Sequence record: SRR20825019_620
Strand: one strand, 5' to 3'
Length of the DNA stretch: 51,006 nt
Positions 40,767 through 50,250 of this stretch are shown here, in pieces. Each line of letters starts with the position of its first letter. The first letter of the stretch is position 1. A program made the position numbers and the translations under genes. Under the pieces are notes generated by a model that saw only the letters and a program-made list of their open reading frames with translations, was not told where the DNA came from and made no database searches.

Positions 40767-40811
40767 TAGAAACAAACAGATCCATTTATTGAAATAACCT
40801 TAATAAATTAC

Positions 40812-43800
40812 ATGAAAACACAACTACTAACGTTGATGGTCATTTTGTTGACCGTTGCATACAGTTGGTCCCAATCTACCGTTTCTGGGGTCATTGTAAA
40901 CATAGAAAACGAACCTGTCCAAGGAGTGAAGGTTCAAATTAAAAACACGAACACAGGAACATACAGTGATCAACTTGGGGTTTTTACCTTACAAGCGAAA
41001 TCATCCGATACTTTGGTGTTAAGCTCTCCGGAATTTCTGCGGAAAGAAGTCGCATTGACTTCCTATACATTTGGAACTTCCGAAAGACTATTAATCCTCT
41101 TCGAAAAAGAAATCAAGGACTACTCAGAAGTGGTAGTAACTGCCCTAGGATTAAAAAGAGATCGTCGTGATTTAGGTTACTCGGTACAAACAATTGACAC
41201 CAAAGAACTAAACGAGGTGCGCAACCCTAACCTGATTAATTCACTTGCGGGACGCATAGCTGGAGTCCAAACTACCAATGGTTCTTCTGGAGTTGGTTCT
41301 TCCTCGAGAATTGTCATTCGAGGCGAAACATCACTCTCTGGACAAAATCAACCGCTTTTTGTTGTCGACGGAGTTCCCGTAAGTAATGATTTCATTGCCA
41401 ACAACACAGAAAACTTGGAGAATGATTTTCAGGAAGTCGATTATGGAAATGGTGTAGGAGATTTTTCTTCGGATGACATTAAATCGATTACCGTATTGAA
41501 AGGTCCAGGAGCGGCAGCCCTTTATGGAGCGCGCGCAGCAAATGGCGTGGTTGTCATTGAAACAAAAGAAGGAAAAGCAACAAATGGTGTAGGTGTTACA
41601 TTCAACAGCAGTTTAACCTTTGATCAAATTGCCTTTCTTCCTGAATTCCAAAATAAATACGGGCAAGGCTCGGGAGGAGTTTTTTCTTACGAAGATGGTA
41701 TTGGCGGTGGAATCGGTGATGGTGGATTGGTCAGTTTTGGACCAGAATTCAACGGACAGCTCATTAACCAATACGACGGAATCTCTTATGATGCGCAAGG
41801 AAACCAAGTTCGGGGTGGAGATGTGATCGCTAGAAACGGAAATCCAATTACTCCTTCTGCATGGAATGCGAATCCTGACAATGTGCGAAGTTTCTTCCAA
41901 ACTGGAGTTACAAGTACTCAAAATATTGCGTTTAGTTCAGCTTCTGAAAAAGGAAACTTCAGATTGAGTTACGGGAGACTTGATAACTCGGGCACAATTC
42001 CCAATACCGATTATACGAGAAATACTGTAGCCTTAACGGCCAACAATCAGCTTTCTCAGAAATTAAAATTAAGAACTTATGTAAATGTCATTAACAGCTC
42101 AAGTAATCACCGCCCAGGACTTGGTTATGGAAGTGAAAACGCAATGTATTCGTTTTTATGGATGGGAAGACAAGTAAATCTTGAGAATGCGCAAGATTAC
42201 TGGCAAAATGGTCAGGAAGGATTCACGCAATTTAACTACAACACGCAATGGTTGGACAATCCATATTTTAATGTTTACGAGAACACAAACGCATTTAATA
42301 AAAACCGTTTACTCGGAAATACTTCATTAACCTATTCCATCAATGAGCATTTCGACGTGCGTGTGCGAACAGGAATTGATGCATACAACGATTTACGAAA
42401 GTCGAAACGCGCATTTAGCACGCAACGCTACAAAAATGGAGCGTACAGAGAAGACGAAGTAAGTTTCATCGAAATGAACACAGACCTTCTCGCTTCCTAC
42501 CGTGCATCCATTGGAGATCACATTGAATGGAACGCAGGATTGGGAGCCAATAACTTTTCCCAGCAAACACGTTACAAAAGTTTAGTAGCAGGGCAGCTTT
42601 CCGTTCCAGGAATTTACAACTTCGAGAATGCTAAAATTCCACTTAAAGCTTCTCAGTTTAATGCACAAAAACAGATTAACAGTGTATATGCACTAGCGGG
42701 ATTCAATTACAAACATTTTCTATTTTTTGATGCGACACTCCGCAACGATTGGTCTTCTACCCTTCCAGAAAGCAACAATTCATTCGCATATTATTCAACT
42801 TCAGCAGCATTTATCTTCTCTGAAGTACTCGATTTACCTGAATGGATGAGTTACTCCAAAGTCCGATTGAGCAGTTCAAGCGTTGGAAACGATACTGATC
42901 CTTTTCAGTTGAGAAACACGTATTCCTTTAATCAAAATTACGGTCAATATCCATTGCTAACCAACTCTAGCACATTGCTGAATGCCGATTTGAGACCAGA
43001 GCGAATCAATGCGTTAGAAGCTGGATTAGAAATGTACTTTTTCGATGATCGCTTTGGGTTTGACCTCACAGTATATCAAAATACTGCCAAAGATCAAATC
43101 ATCAGTGTTCCTGCATCAGCAGCGAGTGGATTCACCAACCGTGTAATTAACGGAGGGAAAATTCAAAGCAAAGGAATCGAGGTAACACTAAATGCAGATA
43201 TTATCAGAAAGAATAATGTTTCATGGAAATCGTTTGTGAACTTCTCGAAAGGTGCAAGTTACGTGCTTGAATTACCTGAGGGAATCGATCAATATACTAC
43301 AGGATACTCGCGCGTTTATTCTGGAACGGATAACACTGTTTTCTATATTGCGAATCCCGACGGAGGACGCATTGGCGATATGTACGGAACTGGTTTCAAG
43401 AAAACGGAGGATGGAAGAATTATTTATAATGCCAATGGCCTTCCAATTCGCGATTCTGAACTGAGATTGCTCGGAAACTACAACCCAGACTTCATTGTTG
43501 GGTTTGGAAATGAGTTAAAAATCAAAGCTATTTCAATTGGGTTCCTTTTCGATTGGAGACAAGGAGGAACAATTGTCTCTAGAACCAAAGCCATAGGATC
43601 TACTTCGGGTGTTTTACTTGAAACACTTGAAGGTCGTGAAGAAGGAATTGTTGGTGACGGGGTTGTAAATGTGGGAACCGAGGCGAATCCAGAATACGTA
43701 GAAAATACAAAAGTGATTTCGGCAGCCGACTATTACAATCAATTCTACAATAGAGCCAACGAGGAAAGCGCACTTTATGATGCCACGTATTTAAAGCTAC

Positions 43801-44027
43801 GTCAAATAAGCATTGGTTACAATTTCCCAGCGAAACTCATCTCCAAATGGAAAATTGAAGGACTAAAAGTGGGCTTTATCGCAACCAACCTCTTTACACT
43901 TTCCAAGATTCCTCATTTTGATCCAGAGTTAAGTGCTATGCAAGGAACAAGCACTGTTTACGGAGTTGAAGATCTTTCTTATCCTTCCTCTCGCACTTAT
44001 GGTTTCAATATTCAACTTACTTTTTAA
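40812..44027 (+). CDS. SusC/RagA family TonB-dependent outer-membrane transporter
   Basis: EVVVTALG, NLINSLAGRIAGVQ, IVIRGE, PLFVVDGVP, SITVLKGPGAAALYGARAANGVVVIETK, RNDWSSTL, C-terminal YPSSRTYGFNIQLTF. Confidence 0.97.
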   Translation: MKTQLLTLMVILLTVAYSWSQSTVSGVIVNIENEPVQGVKVQIKNTNTGTYSDQLGVFTLQAKSSDTLVLSSPEFLRKEVALTSYTFGTSERLLILFEKEIKDYSEVVVTALGLKRDRRDLGYSVQTIDTKELNEVRNPNLINSLAGRIAGVQTTNGSSGVGSSSRIVIRGETSLSGQNQPLFVVDGVPVSNDFIANNTENLENDFQEVDYGNGVGDFSSDDIKSITVLKGPGAAALYGARAANGVVVIETKEGKATNGVGVTFNSSLTFDQIAFLPEFQNKYGQGSGGVFSYEDGIGGGIGDGGLVSFGPEFNGQLINQYDGISYDAQGNQVRGGDVIARNGNPITPSAWNANPDNVRSFFQTGVTSTQNIAFSSASEKGNFRLSYGRLDNSGTIPNTDYTRNTVALTANNQLSQKLKLRTYVNVINSSSNHRPGLGYGSENAMYSFLWMGRQVNLENAQDYWQNGQEGFTQFNYNTQWLDNPYFNVYENTNAFNKNRLLGNTSLTYSINEHFDVRVRTGIDAYNDLRKSKRAFSTQRYKNGAYREDEVSFIEMNTDLLASYRASIGDHIEWNAGLGANNFSQQTRYKSLVAGQLSVPGIYNFENAKIPLKASQFNAQKQINSVYALAGFNYKHFLFFDATLRNDWSSTLPESNNSFAYYSTSAAFIFSEVLDLPEWMSYSKVRLSSSSVGNDTDPFQLRNTYSFNQNYGQYPLLTNSSTLLNADLRPERINALEAGLEMYFFDDRFGFDLTVYQNTAKDQIISVPASAASGFTNRVINGGKIQSKGIEVTLNADIIRKNNVSWKSFVNFSKGASYVLELPEGIDQYTTGYSRVYSGTDNTVFYIANPDGGRIGDMYGTGFKKTEDGRIIYNANGLPIRDSELRLLGNYNPDFIVGFGNELKIKAISIGFLFDWRQGGTIVSRTKAIGSTSGVLLETLEGREEGIVGDGVVNVGTEANPEYVENTKVISAADYYNQFYNRANEESALYDATYLKLRQISIGYNFPAKLISKWKIEGLKVGFIATNLFTLSKIPHFDPELSAMQGTSTVYGVEDLSYPSSRTYGFNIQLTF

Positions 44028-44037
44028 ACGCATCGTT

Positions 44038-45462
44038 ATGAAAAGAATACTCATTTTAAGTATCGCGATCACAGCTCTTACCTTCAGTGGATGTAAGAAG
44101 TTTGATCAGTCAAATATCAATGAAAATGCCCCAGAAACGGTAAATCCACAGTTTTTACTCTCCAATGTTCTGTGGCAAGCTTCGAACAATCAGGCATATT
44201 GGGGATGGCACGCAGGTAGTTTACTCGCTCAGCATTCCTCGAACCTGGAATTTTTGCCCGTAGATCGATATGATTTAGGAAATAATAGTGGACTTTGGGA
44301 TCAAACGTACCGACTTCTAAATGATCTCAAAAGTATTGAGGACTCCGAAGATGGTAATGATGCATACACCGCAGTCGCTTGGATTCTAAAAGCACATCAG
44401 ACATCCTTACTCACCGATCTTTGGACGAATGTTCCCTACTTCGATGCGTTGAAGGGACAATCAGAAGGAAATTTTTCACCATCCTTTGATTCGCAGGAAT
44501 CGATTTACATGAATGATAATGGAATTCTTGATTTACTTCGTCGTGCTGTGAGCCAATTGGAAAACACCAACGAAAGCATTAATGGAGACATTCTTTACAA
44601 AGGTGATCTTCAAAAATGGATTCGATTTGCGAACTCACTTCGCGTCCGTTACTTAGTGCGGATCAGTGGAAAAGTAAATGTATCGACAGAACTTCAATCC
44701 ATCGTTGATGCAGGAGAAATTTTTCAATCTGAAGCTGACGAGGCTGGAATTCCCTATTTGAGTTCTTCACCAAATCAATGGGTTATCTTTACTGAGCGTG
44801 AAGGAAGATATACAGATGTGCGAATGTCTACAACGGCTGAAAGTATCTTGACAGGTTTATCGGATCCGAGAATCGCAGTGTACTATAAACCAACGGTCAA
44901 TTCACAAGGTGGAACACTGGCATACACGGGAATTCCAAATGGATTAAGCAGAACCAATCAGTTGGCATACAATCTGAACGATGTCTCTCTAATGGGAAGC
45001 GTATTAAGAGATCAACCTGATGGAATTCAAGCGAATTTTATGACGTATGCGGACCTTCAATTTTGTTTAGCGGAGGCCGCTTCAAAAGGAATTATTTCAG
45101 GAACTGCTTCGACCTATTATTCCAACGGAATTAACGCAGCGTTTGCAACTTATGGCGTGAGTGTTCCTTCGGGTTATCTGCTAGATCCAAGTGTTGCCCT
45201 TAATGGTACAGATGATTTGAACCGAATTATGACGCAAAAATGGATCGCGAATTTTATGAATGGCTACGAAGCTTGGATTGATGCACGAAGAACAGGATTC
45301 CCAGCATTGCCAATTCCAACGGATAATTTAAATGGAAATGTATTTCCAGTCCGATACACGTATCCTACTACGGAACAAGCAGTAAATGGTGCAAACTACG
45401 CCATTGCTGTTGGTCAAATTGGTGGTGACAACTACAATAGCAAAGGCTGGTGGGAGCAATAA
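44038..45462 (+). CDS. SusD/RagB family nutrient-binding lipoprotein
   Basis: Start moved to ATG 44038 (lipobox FSGC); LTDLWTNVPYFDAL, KWIRFANSLRVR, IMTQKWIA, EAWIDARRTGFP, WWEQ. Confidence 0.95.
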   Translation: MKRILILSIAITALTFSGCKKFDQSNINENAPETVNPQFLLSNVLWQASNNQAYWGWHAGSLLAQHSSNLEFLPVDRYDLGNNSGLWDQTYRLLNDLKSIEDSEDGNDAYTAVAWILKAHQTSLLTDLWTNVPYFDALKGQSEGNFSPSFDSQESIYMNDNGILDLLRRAVSQLENTNESINGDILYKGDLQKWIRFANSLRVRYLVRISGKVNVSTELQSIVDAGEIFQSEADEAGIPYLSSSPNQWVIFTEREGRYTDVRMSTTAESILTGLSDPRIAVYYKPTVNSQGGTLAYTGIPNGLSRTNQLAYNLNDVSLMGSVLRDQPDGIQANFMTYADLQFCLAEAASKGIISGTASTYYSNGINAAFATYGVSVPSGYLLDPSVALNGTDDLNRIMTQKWIANFMNGYEAWIDARRTGFPALPIPTDNLNGNVFPVRYTYPTTEQAVNGANYAIAVGQIGGDNYNSKGWWEQ

Positions 45463-46820
45463 CATCCAATATTGATTTTTTGAAATGGACGCTGGTCATA
45501 GGATTCAGCGTCCTTCTTTTCATCTTCTCTCCGACCGCAAAAAACGAGGATGACTTCTACCGTGCGCAGCGAAAAGGAAAATCTCCAGGATTCTTCTTAC
45601 TCACAGGAAGCCTTGTCATTTCATGGGTGTTTGCAAAATCAATCACGAATGCCTCCGATCTTGGATTTAAGTATGGTTGGCTCGGAGGTTTAGCCTATGC
45701 GAGTTATTATTTATCTTTTATCGTCGCTGGAATCGTCATTTTTCGAATGCGGACGCGAGGAGGATTTCAAAGTATTCATGAATTCCTGCGTAGTCGATTT
45801 GGAAGAAAAGCCATCGTTCTTTTTTCGTTCATCATTGTTTTCCGTTTGTTCAATGAAATCTGGTCGAATACAATGGTTATCGGCGGGTATTTTGGTGAAG
45901 TAGGCTCCGCATCCTATTACGTTTCAATACTCGTTTTTACTGCACTTACCTTGGCATACACGCTCAAAGGTGGACTGAGAAGTTCCTTTTTTACGGACGC
46001 TATTCAACTGGTCTTATTCGGAGGATTACTCTCATTACTTCTCGCCCTATTTTATGGAACCGATCAAATCTTTTTTTCACAAGTTGGACATTCGGCACAT
46101 TTTGATTGGAACGATGGCTTGAATTTATTGCTTGTTGCCGTATTACAATCACTCAGTTATCCGTTTCACGATCCCGTAATGACCGATCGTGGATTTGTGA
46201 GTAATCCTCGTACAACCTTACGCAGTTTTATTACTGCTGGAATCGTAGGTGGAGTGCTCATTTTTCTGTTTAGTTGCCTCGGAATTTATGGTAAATTACT
46301 AGGAATGGAAGATGGAAAAATTCAAGTGATTAGTCAAACCCTTGGGCCAATAGCGCTGTTGGCAGTCAACTTTATTATGATTGTTTCTGCGGCATCGACT
46401 TTAGATTCTACTTTTTCATCTGTGAGTAAACTCGCTGTATTCGATTTGAATCTTGGAAAAGGAATTTCATTTGGACGAAAAGTAATGATTGGAGCAACCA
46501 TTTTGGGAACCATTCCGATTTTCTTTAATCCTGCCATACTATCTGCAACAACCGTCAGTGGCACGATGGTAATTGGGCTTACACCCGTCTTTCTTTTCTG
46601 GAAGATTCCTGCTCCTCCTCTCAGCTTTTACCTAAGTGTTTCTGCTGGAATGTTCGTAGGAATCATTTACGCGCTTGGATTTTTTCCAAAAAAGCTTGTT
46701 TTCACGAATGGTCCATACAATGATCTGCTAGCTGTGAATATCTTTGGAATAATTCTCTGCATTCTAAGCTACCTTATTCCGATGTTTGTTCTGCGATTAA
46801 AACCATCAAGTAATGAATGA
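45450..46820 (+). CDS. Sodium:solute symporter family transporter
   Basis: About 13 TM segments; SLVISWVFAKS, YGWLGGLAYA, SIHEFLRSRFG, YTLKGGLRSSFFTD, SAASTLDS; GTG start overlaps the susD end. Confidence 0.88.
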   Translation: MGAITSNIDFLKWTLVIGFSVLLFIFSPTAKNEDDFYRAQRKGKSPGFFLLTGSLVISWVFAKSITNASDLGFKYGWLGGLAYASYYLSFIVAGIVIFRMRTRGGFQSIHEFLRSRFGRKAIVLFSFIIVFRLFNEIWSNTMVIGGYFGEVGSASYYVSILVFTALTLAYTLKGGLRSSFFTDAIQLVLFGGLLSLLLALFYGTDQIFFSQVGHSAHFDWNDGLNLLLVAVLQSLSYPFHDPVMTDRGFVSNPRTTLRSFITAGIVGGVLIFLFSCLGIYGKLLGMEDGKIQVISQTLGPIALLAVNFIMIVSAASTLDSTFSSVSKLAVFDLNLGKGISFGRKVMIGATILGTIPIFFNPAILSATTVSGTMVIGLTPVFLFWKIPAPPLSFYLSVSAGMFVGIIYALGFFPKKLVFTNGPYNDLLAVNIFGIILCILSYLIPMFVLRLKPSSNE

Positions 46821-47625
46821 TTCTGACATCCTAATTTTTGGCGGCTCATATAGCAATTTAGAAGCAACAACTGCACTCATTTCCATAGTAGAAAAGCTTG
46901 AAATTCCAGCATCTCGAATCTTCTGTACGGGAGATGTTGTCGGCTATTGTGCTAATCCCGAAGAAACTGTTCAACTAGTTAAAAATTGGGAAATACAGAC
47001 CATTCTAGGAAATGTAGAAATTAATTTGCGCGATGGAGAAGAAGATTGTGGTTGTAACTTTGACGAAGGATCTCGCTGCGACACGTTTTCGCAACGTTGG
47101 TATCCGTATGCAAAAATTCATCTGAGTGAGAACTCAATTGATTGGATGAAGCAACTTCCTGAGATTATTCGCCAAGAAATCAACGGTAAAAAAGTCGTTA
47201 TGATTCATGGAGGAATTCCCAATGTATCTGAATTCATTTTTGCATCAACTCCTTGGGCGCGCAAGCAAGAACTCTTTGATTTTTTGGACGCAGATGTGAT
47301 TTTTTCAGGTCACTCTGGACTTCCATTTGTTCAAGAAAACAATGATAAGCTTTGGATCAACGCAGGTGTTATTGGAATGCCCGCAAACGATGGAACTCCT
47401 CGAACGTGGTTTGCTACGCTGAATCCACATACATGGAAAGCAACGATTCATTCTTTTGACTATCACCAAGAACTAGCTGCAACAAAAATGATTTCTGCCG
47501 ATCTTCCCTCCGAATATGCGCATACCTTGATAACTGGAATTTGGGATAATTGCGAAATTCTTCCTTCCGAAGAAACAATCGCTCAGGGAATTCGCATTCA
47601 AGAAGATCTTCACTGGGAAAAGTAG
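46813..47625 (+). CDS. Calcineurin-like metallophosphoesterase-fold protein (atypical ligands, CGC-x7-C motif)
   Basis: CTGDVVGY, LGNVE, IHGG, GHSG, NAGVIG in the expected order and spacing. Confidence 0.82.
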   Translation: MNDSDILIFGGSYSNLEATTALISIVEKLEIPASRIFCTGDVVGYCANPEETVQLVKNWEIQTILGNVEINLRDGEEDCGCNFDEGSRCDTFSQRWYPYAKIHLSENSIDWMKQLPEIIRQEINGKKVVMIHGGIPNVSEFIFASTPWARKQELFDFLDADVIFSGHSGLPFVQENNDKLWINAGVIGMPANDGTPRTWFATLNPHTWKATIHSFDYHQELAATKMISADLPSEYAHTLITGIWDNCEILPSEETIAQGIRIQEDLHWEK

Positions 47626-47650
47626 GACCTTTGTATTTGGTGCATTTATG

Positions 47651-47658
47651 TATTTTTG
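47651..47658 (+). promoter_or_regulatory. sigma-A -7 element of the FAD oxidoreductase gene
   Basis: TATTTTTG, 18 nt before ATG 47677. Confidence 0.55.
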
Positions 47659-47676
47659 ACGCTCAATACAAGAACT

Positions 47677-49071
47677 ATGTACACAGCGGTAGATCAAGAT
47701 GCAATCACCTATTTTCAATCCATTGTGGGTGAGCGATGTTTCACTGACCTTGATCAACTGACGCGCTACAGTAAGGATGAAACGGAGGATTTATCCATTT
47801 TGCCTGAAGTCGTTTTGAAACCAAACTCACCAGAAGAAATTTCTTCGATTCTCACGTATTGTAACACTCGAAAAATAGCTGTAACTCCATCTGGTGCACG
47901 AACTGGATTAAGCGGAGGAGCAATTCCTTTGTTTGGTGGTGTTGCACTTTCAATGGAAAACTTTAAGCGCATTTTATTCATTGATGAAAAAAATCACCAA
48001 GTCACCACAGAACCGGGAGTAATCACACAAGTGTTACAAGAAACGGTCCGAGAGAAAGGACTTTTCTACCCTCCAGATCCTGCAAGTAAAGGCAGTTGTT
48101 TTATTGGTGGAAATGTTTCTGAAAATTCTGGTGGACCAAAAGCGGTGAAATATGGAGTAACCAATGAATATGTTTTAAATCTTGAAGTTGTTTTACCGAC
48201 TGGAGAAATTATCTGGACAGGAGCAAATGTCCTCAAAAATGCGACTGGTTACAACCTTACTCAACTCATTACTGGCTCGGAAGGGACGCTTGGTGTGATC
48301 ACTAAAATTGTTCTGAAATTGATTCCGCATCCGACGCATGATTTATTATTGTTGGTTCCGTTTTTTAGCGCAAGAGAGGCTTGTGCTGCGGTTGGTGCAA
48401 TTTTCCAAGCTGGAATCACACCTAGCGGATTGGAATTCATGGAGCGCGATGCCTTACTTTGGGCGCAAGAGTTCACTGGTGATACTTCCGTGCATGTTGG
48501 AGAAAATCATGCTGCGCACTTATTAATTGAAGTTGATGGTTTTGACCCAGAAATTCTCATGAGCGATTGCGCGAAAATCACGGAAGTTTTGGAGCGTTTT
48601 GAAACGGATGAAATCCTTTTTGCGGAGTCGCAAGCACAAAAAGACGCACTTTGGAAACTCAGAAGAAGTGTTGGCGAAGCGGTAAAATCCAACTCAATTT
48701 ACAAGGAGGAAGATACGGTTGTTCCACGTTTCGAATTGCCCGTTTTATTAGATCACATAAAGCGAATTGGCGCAAATTACGGTTTCAAATCGGTATGTTA
48801 TGGTCACGCGGGTGATGGAAACTTGCATGTAAACATAATTAAGGGCGATTTAACCGATCAACAATGGAATGAAGAACTTCCTAAAGCGATTCGTGAGTTG
48901 TTTACAGAAGTCGTAAAGCTTGGCGGAACACTTTCTGGCGAACATGGAATTGGACTCGTTCAAAAACCGTACATGGACATTGCTTTCGGAGCGAAATCAT
49001 TGGAATTGATGCGTTCTATAAAGCATGTTTTTGATCCAAATGAGATTTTGAATCCAGGGAAGATTTTTTAG
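47677..49071 (+). CDS. FAD-linked oxidase, GlcD / D-2-hydroxyacid dehydrogenase family
   Basis: GARTGLSGGA, YPPDPAS, IGGNVSENSGG, GSEGTLGVIT, GHAGDGNLH, SGEHGIG, FDPNEILNPGKIF. Confidence 0.92.
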   Translation: MYTAVDQDAITYFQSIVGERCFTDLDQLTRYSKDETEDLSILPEVVLKPNSPEEISSILTYCNTRKIAVTPSGARTGLSGGAIPLFGGVALSMENFKRILFIDEKNHQVTTEPGVITQVLQETVREKGLFYPPDPASKGSCFIGGNVSENSGGPKAVKYGVTNEYVLNLEVVLPTGEIIWTGANVLKNATGYNLTQLITGSEGTLGVITKIVLKLIPHPTHDLLLLVPFFSAREACAAVGAIFQAGITPSGLEFMERDALLWAQEFTGDTSVHVGENHAAHLLIEVDGFDPEILMSDCAKITEVLERFETDEILFAESQAQKDALWKLRRSVGEAVKSNSIYKEEDTVVPRFELPVLLDHIKRIGANYGFKSVCYGHAGDGNLHVNIIKGDLTDQQWNEELPKAIRELFTEVVKLGGTLSGEHGIGLVQKPYMDIAFGAKSLELMRSIKHVFDPNEILNPGKIF

Positions 49072-49300
49072 GCATTCGGAGACACTACTGTCTTACAAAT
49101 GCATCCTAAAATTTGAGTCATAATATTCACTTAGTAATATGTCTATACCAAATGTTTCATCCCTATATCATCTAATTCATAAAGTTTGTGGAAACGAATT
49201 TTCCAGAATTCATGAGCTACATACTAACAGCGGACTCTAGAGATAGAGATCAAGAATATATCGTTTCATCTGATGTCAATACTTGAGGTTAATCAGACAA

Positions 49301-49335
49301 GGTGGAAGATATTACTTATTAAGCATTCTTCCACC
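49301..49335. terminator. Inverted repeat just downstream of the MerR gene, possible terminator
   Basis: GGTGGAAGA-N17-TCTTCCACC, perfect 9-bp arms. Confidence 0.4.
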
Positions 49336-49343
49336 ATATTTAA

Positions 49344-50114
49344 CTATTTCAGTTGTGAATTCACAAAATAGGTCATTGCCTTTGAAAGAAAGATGGCAAA
49401 ATCAGTTTGCACTTTTCCATCAATTTTAGTGAATCGTTCATCTGCGATATAAAGTTCACCAAGCCCTTTATAATCTCTCCATTGAGAGTTTGAAGAACCA
49501 TCAGTTCCCCAAAACTTTCTGATGTTTTTATAGTGTCTAGCTACTTCTAGCTGTACTTCTTTACTATCGGGCTCTTGATTAGAAATTTCAAATAATGTTT
49601 TGAATATTTCTTTTTGTTCACTTTTTAAAGCTTCAAGTTGTTCTTTAGTAAACTTCTTAAGATAGGTTTCACTTTTTTCTAATGCTTCCGCCCCATACTT
49701 TTTAACAGTTTCTTTGCGGTTTTTGGTCGCTTCTTCCTTTGTGAAACCATCATATAATTCATCATCTGTAATCATCTTTTTTTCTTTTAAGTTTAACATT
49801 GTTTTTTCAATGGTATTCAGCATTTCGGAAATTCTCTTCTGCTTTAAAACGAGTGCCTGTCGGTGACTTTCAAGCGCTTCTATTAAGTCAAATTCAGGGT
49901 CGTTTAAAATTTCTAGAATTTCTTTTAAAGGAAAGTCGAGTTCTTTGAAAAATAAAATTTGTTGAAGCTTCAACAATTCATTTTCTCCATACAATCTGTA
50001 CTTGGCCTCTGTACGTATTGCAGGTTTTAGTAATCCGATTTTATCATAATAATGCAAGGTTCGTACGCTTACACCTGCTATATTCGATAATCCTTTTGCT
50101 GTATATTTCTGCAT
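49344..50114 (-). CDS. MerR-family regulator with TipAS-like C-terminal domain (TipA/Mta type)
   Basis: GVSVRTLHYYDKIGLLKP...YRLY...LQQILFFKELDFPLKEI; C-terminal YKGLGELYIADERF...AIFLSKAMTYF. Confidence 0.92.
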   Translation of the reverse strand: MQKYTAKGLSNIAGVSVRTLHYYDKIGLLKPAIRTEAKYRLYGENELLKLQQILFFKELDFPLKEILEILNDPEFDLIEALESHRQALVLKQKRISEMLNTIEKTMLNLKEKKMITDDELYDGFTKEEATKNRKETVKKYGAEALEKSETYLKKFTKEQLEALKSEQKEIFKTLFEISNQEPDSKEVQLEVARHYKNIRKFWGTDGSSNSQWRDYKGLGELYIADERFTKIDGKVQTDFAIFLSKAMTYFVNSQLK

Positions 50115-50133
50115 TGAATAATTATTAATAATG

Positions 50134-50167
50134 CAAACTTATGGTGTGACGTTACGTTAGAGTCAAA
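50134..50167 (-). promoter_or_regulatory. MerR-type autoregulated promoter/operator
   Basis: Minus strand TTTG-N22-TAAGTTTG with near-perfect dyad TAACGT-A-ACGTCA (50147-50159) inside the spacer. Confidence 0.75.
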
Positions 50168-50250
50168 TTATTTTGCACCTTTTTTGTCTTTTATAGAATA
50201 TTTTTTCGAAAGGCTCTGAAATGTAATTGAATTTCAGCTTGTTTGTATTA

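Noticed and set aside
40080-47625. Selenocysteine read-through in the DUF2064-SusCD operon
   Set aside because: All five ORFs are intact, end in TAA/TAG except the symporter, whose TGA is at the normal C-terminus overlapping the next gene; no in-frame TGA at a Cys position
47656-49071. FAD oxidase as a sixth gene of the SusCD operon
   Set aside because: It has its own exact TAnnTTTG element at 47651-47658 and is a widespread housekeeping-type enzyme; read-through cannot be excluded
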